Source: Eledone cirrhosa
Taxonomy: Eukaryota
Direction of reading: 5' to 3'
Assembly: GCA_964016885.1 (NCBI GenBank)
Contig: OZ024741.1
Location: forward strand, 374,790,001 to 374,854,000
Length of the DNA: 64,000 nucleotides
The position numbers and the translations under genes were made by a program. The notes under the pieces are model-generated. The model had not been told where the DNA came from. It ran no database searches and was given only the letters and a program-made list of their open reading frames with translations. Below are positions 53,561 to 64,000 of this stretch, one piece after another. The stretch's first letter is position 1, and each line of letters opens with the position of its first letter.

Positions 53561-54971
53561 AATATATAGCAGGGCGTAAATATCAAACTTATATTAAGAG
53601 AAAACACAACCAAAGTACTTGAAAAACTGTTTATGTGTTTACAATTGGAATTATTTCATGGTCTAGATATTGTGTTTTCGTAATGGAAATTAAAGTTAGT
53701 AATACGAATGAAAAGTAGAAAACTCTGTTTTAAGTAAATAAGGAATATAGCCTTAAGTGTGGAGCGTGAAAATTTAAACAAACAATAAGTTAATGTCATC
53801 CTCTATCACGTGAAATTAGCAATAAAAAACAATGAAAAAAACAATGAAAAAATGATAAAACAATGAAAATAAGGAAGAAAGACAATCAAAATAACATAAT
53901 GATAGAGGGAAAAATAATATATAAGAAAATACATATTGAGGGATTAAATATACGTATTGAGAGCTGAAAAGAAAATATGTAAGAACCAAGGTTATTACAC
54001 ATATATACATGCATATCGAGATAGAAAAGGTTGATACAGTGAATTCTATCTCATACACAATCTATTGGAAGAATCAATCAACGTAGTCTTTGTAGTGCGC
54101 ATATACAATCCATAGTCCGATCTTTATCGAATTGAGTGATGGGCGGGGCGTTTCAAGGCCTCAGTTCGAAATGCAGGAAAAACGTGTTTTTTTGTTTCTT
54201 TTAGGCCGCTTATTTATCCAGTCGAAAGTTTGTTCAACATTTTAAATTCGTCTAGTGGTAGGGGTTCAATTAGTTCCACAGGAGGGAATTTCCAGGTGAA
54301 TCTGATAGCTGGGGCCTCCATTTCTTCGTATATATTGGTTACACCATTAAGAGCTCAACTTTTAGGAGCAAATTCATACGGTAAAACATTGATGTAATTC
54401 AATTCGAGAACTCAACGTACATTTTCCACATAGGAATGACGGAGTATTTTTAGAATAAAGAAATACAAACTAGTTTAGATGTTAAAGTCCTTTATTGATA
54501 AGGCCGTGACACATCAACGTTTTACCGTCTTCGAAAGTTAAGTTCTTGTTGTCGAGGACAGTTCAGGGAGCAGAGCATTAATATTCAAAATGACCAGAAA
54601 TGCAGTTATATGTATTATGTATAGTGTTAATAATTGCTAATTAATTATTTCCGATTGTTTTCAAATGCACGAACTATTGTAACCATATTGAAACAGACGT
54701 AGAAATTAAAGAATGGATTTAAGTTATTAGCCTTGGTCTTTTGTGTGACGAAAGAGCTTTGTCAATATATAAACAACCATCCGGTTATTGAACCAAGCAA
54801 CCAACCAGCCGGAAATTTATAATAAATTGAAGTGAAAACCAACAGGTGTGTGTGTTTTTTTATTAGCAGCGTGACCCTCCCAAGTATAACAATATCTGTT
54901 TCAACACACGTTTTCAGGTCAGAAATCTTGCAAAAAAAATTCAAAAACGAAGTATATATATATATATATAT

Positions 54972-55065
54972 ATTAAAATAACAGATTAAAGTTTCAGCAA
55001 AGAATCGCTGCTTTCACCCTTATCGAGCCCTCTTTGGATTTTAGTCTTCACATTTATTATTATTA

Positions 55066-55068
<3 letters not shown>
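54972..55068. mobile_element. About 100-bp mini-insertion from the pseudo-LTR of the 60-64 kb PLE family
   Basis: The first half matches 60241-60291 and the second half matches 61291-61331; (TA)n on both sides. Confidence 0.8.
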
Positions 55069-55127
<59 letters not shown>

Positions 55128-55131
<4 letters not shown>

Positions 55132-55326
55132 TTAATATAGATGAGATTCTACAGGACTAGAACTGTTTCATTCTTTAGAAATCATCAGGAATCTGATTCC
55201 TGATGATTTCTAAAGAATGAAACAGTTCTAGTCCTGTAGAATCTCATCTATATTAAAACTTTTATACTCTGCTATGTATTGAGTACCTTACTTACTGTGG
55301 TTACCTCCGATTCAACCCGGAATAAC

Positions 55327-55327
<1 letters not shown>
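55128..55327 (+). mobile_element. PLE-type fold-back stub in (TA)n (perfect hairpin 55128-55260)
   Basis: 66-bp arms around position 55194; hammerhead plus GTATTGAGTAC. Confidence 0.75.
55195..55243 (+). ncRNA. Type I hammerhead ribozyme (mirror copy at 55145-55193, minus)
   Basis: Stem I gattc/gaatc, CTGATGA, stem II ttc/gaa, GAAAC, stem III acag/ctgt, GTA ending at 55238. Confidence 0.75.
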
Positions 55328-55390
<63 letters not shown>

Positions 55391-55392
<2 letters not shown>

Positions 55393-55585
55393 CGAAGGAG
55401 GTATGGTAAGGAACCAGATGGACCATAACGCACCAGAGTACTCAATACTTAGGGTAGTAGAGTAGGTAATAGGAAAATGTTTGACCCCGACGGCAGAGCT
55501 CAAGCCGTTTCGATGGCTATTTCTGGACTAGTCAAGAAATAGCCGTCGAAACGGCTTGAGCTCTGCCGTCGGGGTCAAACATTTT

Positions 55586-55590
<5 letters not shown>
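55391..55590 (-). mobile_element. Second copy of the 33807-34193 stub family, with a zero-spacer palindrome
   Basis: Reverse complement of about 34055-34193; arms 55469-55529 / 55530-55590; truncated before the catalytic core. Confidence 0.8.
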
Positions 55591-55677
<87 letters not shown>

Positions 55678-56693
55678 TAGCGAGAGAGAGAGAGAGAAAT
55701 ACGGTATGTTTGAAAATAGGCGAGAATATATGGTTTTCTAGTCTGTGTAAGTGTGGTGATTAATCTCATTTGCATATAAAGCTGCATAAGTTGAGTCAAC
55801 TTAGCTTCATGCATAGCTGTATACAGATATGTATTGAAATTTCGGATTTCTAAAGAAATACGGTGTGTTTATGGATAAACATTTAGAAAGCCGTAGCTAT
55901 GCAAAACACCGGGGCTATCACCCTCTGGTGATGTCCAGCAGAAGCAAGGGGGGCAATCGTCAATGCATTTCGAACTTAACTGGAAATTCCTTGGTTCTGT
56001 GAGACATATTTGAAAAAAGAGAAGAATGACTTCACTGGTGACTGGTATTCTTTAATAGTTCAAATCTTTACAGTAAGTTGTTATTGATATTAGTCTTGGT
56101 AAGTCCTTGTTAACATCGGTGGAGAACTTTAAGTAACTGTTAACTTTCTGGGGAATTTCTCGCATTTGGTGGCGATTATCAAAATGGTATATTGTGGTAT
56201 GTTGATGATGTTATATCCCTATATAGATATGATGTGGTTCTGGGTGTAGAGAGGTATGAGTGTATGTTCAAACGAAGAAGTGTAAATCAAAGTAAGGTAC
56301 ATGTCTTTTGATGATAGGAAAGTGAAAATGAAGACGAAAAGGTGATTGAGTGAGAATGATATTGGAGGTTTTGTTGTGATGGTCAGATAGGGTTGAATGT
56401 CCTAAATGGCTATTGCTGAAGAAACAAAATAAGATTATATCTGGTTAACTAAACACACACGTACTTTCCCCATGTAACAATTTTTGCCCGTTCTTCCAGT
56501 TTTTTTTACTCTTGTCCAGTTTTCTATTTCTTCTATTTCTCAATCCATATTCCGATGAAGGACAAACTTCCGAAACATGAAAACACTTTTCCTAATATAT
56601 CAAGTGTTAAATTAATATGTATCTTCATTGTATTGTTGTACAGTTACGTATAAAGAGTTATAAGTAGAAGAAGAATATTCTTATATATATATA

Positions 56694-57744
56694 TCTATAT
56701 ATATAAAGTTGTAGTTCCTGTCTGTTTGTTTGTTTGTTCACGAACTCCTCCTATGGTTTTGGAGATAGACCCCCATAACCATATATATTCTGAAACTACA
56801 TTGCCCAGGGTACTTGGATAAGTATATTTCATTTTAATCAAAGGGTTCCCCAGGGGCACAAACCCTCGCTGAAAATGTTTTCCCTTCGATTTATATGAAA
56901 TTTAAACCATAGGTAAATGACAAGATATGATGCCTATTCACAAATTTTCAGCAAATTTCAATAATATTAAGACACCCTAATGGGGGTTGAACCCCTATAG
57001 TGAAAATTTTGGGCAATAAATGGAAGAAGATGCGTTGTAACAACATTGCCTGAGAACCTGATTGAAGCAACCATTATATTCGGGGCGTACAAAGGTCAAG
57101 CTCTTCTCATTCCGAGGATTCCACTTATACCAAGTGATAGCGAGTTGCCTTTTACATTTAAGAGGCTGCAGTTCCCAGTGAGGCCTTGCTTTGCCATGAG
57201 CATCAATAAGAGTCAAGGTCAAACTTTCAAAACTATTGGTATAGATCTGACAAACCCATGTTTCAGTCATGGCATGTTTTATGTGGTTGTTTCAAGGACT
57301 GGAACTTCAAAAAATCTCTACATTTTAGCCAATCAAAGAAAGACAAGAAATGTTGTTTACCCTGAAGTTCTTCATTAGGACAAAGTATGAAATATATTTT
57401 CATGTATTTATAATGTTAAAAAATAAATAATTAAACTTTGAATTTCTAATTTGAAAATAATAAATACACAAAAATGAAATGATCAAGTTTTGAATTGATA
57501 TCTAAAAAAAAATTATTTACAAGAAACAAAATAAGAATAAGATTTAATAATGTAATTTTGATTTGATATATTACAAAAAATAATGTTTTCCAATTTTTCG
57601 TGGATTACATTTTACATTGAGTATTATTGAAATGCAGAGTTTTTCTCCATAAATTATATCACAGATTTTAAATCAATCAGCATTTTCTTACAAAAAAAAA
57701 AAAAAAATTTGTGAAACGCAGCAAGACGCGGGTAATTCGGCTAG
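56694..57744 (+). mobile_element. Internally deleted Helitron retaining a Pif1-type helicase C-terminus (57046-57378)
   Basis: 5' TC, 3' CTAG, A|T target; IPRIPLIPS..LPFTFKRLQFPVRPCFAMSINKSQGQT...FSHGMFYVVVSR...TRNVVYPEVL. Confidence 0.9.
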
Positions 57745-58059
57745 TATATATATTTAAGTATAAAGATGATACCAGGAAAACCTAGACAGGAAGAAATGGA
57801 CAGAAGGAGAAATTTATTGTGTTCAATCTTTAACATATGTTTCTGTACAATTACGTAACTGTTTACATGCAGTCCTATATTGTTTGCGCATTCACTTCAT
57901 ACATAATTGATTTGATCTACAGAAACGAAATTTAATTTATCTTCTTTTATGAGACCCAAAGGTCACACAGGGGTTTTAGTTTTTATTAACTTCCTGAATT
58001 GTACAGATTGATGTATGAAATTTTGATACAACTTAAAGGACATTATTTTGCTCGTCAAC

Positions 58060-58248
58060 GGGCGGTGGATTGGCAGTATCGGTAGAGGGTCGGACGCCAT
58101 GCTTTCCAGCATAGTTACGTCCCTTTACGATCTGAGTTCAAATCCCGCCGAGGTTGACTTTGCCTTTCATCCTTACGGGGTCGATAAAATAAAGTACCAG
58201 TAATGCACTGGGTAATTGCTGGCCTTGTGCCTAAAGTAGAAACAATTA
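58060..58248 (+). mobile_element. tRNA-derived SINE, young copy
   Basis: TSD attattttgctcgtcaac at 58042-58059 and 58245-58262. Confidence 0.92.
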
Positions 58249-58304
58249 TTTTGCTCGTCAACTTAAAGGAAATTTTGCTCGTCAATCCTTGTCACACCTC
58301 TACA

Positions 58305-59046
58305 TTACTTATGAAAAATTACATCTTTCAAATGGCGGCCATTTTCAGCTTCGCACAACCGTGCTCCTTCCATAAGGTGCTCCATAACAGCTGCAAGGGT
58401 TTCAGGTACCACTTCCCTGATTTCTCTATTGATGTTGTCCTTCTGTAGCTCCAGGGTCTCCGGTTTGTTGACATAAACCCTCTCCTTCATCAGTCATCAT
58501 TAAATTTTGGTTACAATTTCGGTAATTTCTCGCCAATTCCTGGATTCTGACAGCTTACTGGAGCCTCTGTTGATAATCTTGAGGCTTCAGTTGTTGAACC
58601 AGTTGCACCTTGTATGGAAAAAGGTCAAGGCTTCTGAGAACCCTTTGCAGCGAAGTTCGTGAAATCCAGAGTTGTCTTGACCGCCTTCGAGTCGATGTGC
58701 CTGGATTTTCCTCGACACTCTCTCGAACTTGTTCCCTTGTCTCATCAGTTCTGACAGTGAGGGGCCGCCCAGATGGTGGGCGATCACTTACTGTTCCTTG
58801 CTCTTCGAAACGATTTACCTAATCGCACTGTCACTAGGAGTATCTCTCACTCGATAATGTCGCCGATATGCTCTCTGGGTCTGAATTATCGACCCCTGAT
58901 TTTGGTAGAAGAATTTCACAACTTGGGTGCATTGCTCGGTGCTGTATATTTCCATAATTAATTTCCCAGGCCTAGTTCATATAATTCCTGAAATGAAAGG
59001 AAAAATATAATATAATAAAAAAAATATTAACAGTTGGAACCCCTAT
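58305..59046 (-). mobile_element. Tc1/mariner-superfamily transposase relic, internally deleted
   Basis: N-terminal HTH-like MEIYSTEQ...SIIQTQRAYRRHY and C-terminal KERVYVNKPETL..L..NI..EI...RLC.AENGRHL. Confidence 0.7.
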
Positions 59047-59772
59047 GTGACTTTTGCCACGTGGCTTGAACCTGTAAGTGAATTGAAGGTTCTGTAACTC
59101 TGATACACAGATTATTTATTATGAAGATGTATAAACTTGACATAACTATTATCATCTTATATTCTCTCAACTAATCACATTTGATCATATTTCTCTATCC
59201 CGTTTTCTCCCCCCATAATTATAATATTTTTATTTTTATTTGAAAAAATCGTTTTTTTTACATTGTGTTTTCCCCTTCAAATATTCGCTTATATTTCTTT
59301 ATATATTCTCTATATATTTTTTTACATATATATTTTTTTATCTTTATTATTTCCACTTTTATCCTCCTTTATATTTTACCTTATTCTTACTTTTATACCT
59401 TATTATAGTGTAATCTTCCCCATGCCTTATTATACACTATTAATTATAGATTATTATTATTACTCTTTTTCCATTTCTAATTACCTCATGTACTTTCTCC
59501 CCCGTTATATATATATATATTGTATGCCCTTTGTATTTGTGTAGCCTCTGCACACCCTCTGCACCAAACTATCGACGCCACCCCATCTATGGTTCAGCTA
59601 ACCACTCGACTCCAGGGAATTAATATGACCGCAGCTAGTAAACAAGGACCCCCCCACCCCCCGCACCAAAATTAGACTTATCGTCCCCTACTTTTGCTCT
59701 TTACTCTCTTTACTCTTTGTTCTTGAATGTTTGGTTGGTAGAGTCCATAACACCAATCAAACCTCTTTTATA

Positions 59773-59817
59773 GCTCTGACGAATCCTACGGTTACGTAAG
59801 GAAGAAACATTGTAAGC
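59773..59817 (+). ncRNA. Minimal type I hammerhead ribozyme, just upstream of (TA)n
   Basis: Stem I gct/agc, CTGACGA, stem II tcc-tacg/cgta-a-gga, GAAAC-att-GTA. Confidence 0.72.
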
Positions 59818-59825
59818 CAACAAAA

Positions 59826-64000
<4,175 letters not shown>

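Noticed and set aside
54100-54480. Possible coding fragment in a higher-complexity stretch
   Set aside because: No ORF or motif I could recognise on either strand.
55940-56070. PLE ORF N-terminus on the minus strand (KNIPVTSE-like)
   Set aside because: Needs frameshifts to read and is too short to support as a feature.
56548-56585. CCGATGA-gga/tcc-GAAAC hammerhead
   Set aside because: U4 altered, and no stem III, cleavage triplet or stem I; relic only.
57046-57378. Host PIF1 helicase exon
   Set aside because: Lies inside TC...CTAG Helitron termini and ends with the Helitron-type TRNVVY.EVL.

Overview
This is eukaryotic (animal) DNA, AT-rich and dense in microsatellites, with no recognisable host protein-coding gene. 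The SINE family and the RTE LINE with C-terminal C2H2 fingers suggest an octopus or other coleoid cephalopod (inference). The window is a nest of mobile elements: a decayed Ty3/Gypsy LTR element, RTE, R4/Dong-like, CRE-like and four Tx1/L1-like LINEs, a near-complete Penelope-like element (PLE; RT plus C-terminal GIY-YIG), Helitrons, a hAT-type and a mariner-type transposase relic, many MITEs and tRNA-SINEs, and 54-bp and 20-bp tandem arrays. Five signals stand out. (1) Short fold-back PLE stubs, mostly in (TA)n, carry hammerhead ribozyme motifs, including a compensated U3-A8 variant, and several share a GTATTGAGTAC motif. (2) A Tx1-like LINE sits in (GATA)n wherever its ends are preserved, and both full-length 5' ends have a 67-nt GT-AG intron-like segment whose acceptor abuts a conserved hairpin. 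(3) The PLE has an in-frame TGA at the third Cys of its CxCx5C motif, a possible selenocysteine. (4) An R4/Dong-like LINE is inserted into the (ATGT)n tail of an RTE element. (5) Overall, each retroelement family occupies its own microsatellite type. All calls were made by eye; no searches were run.
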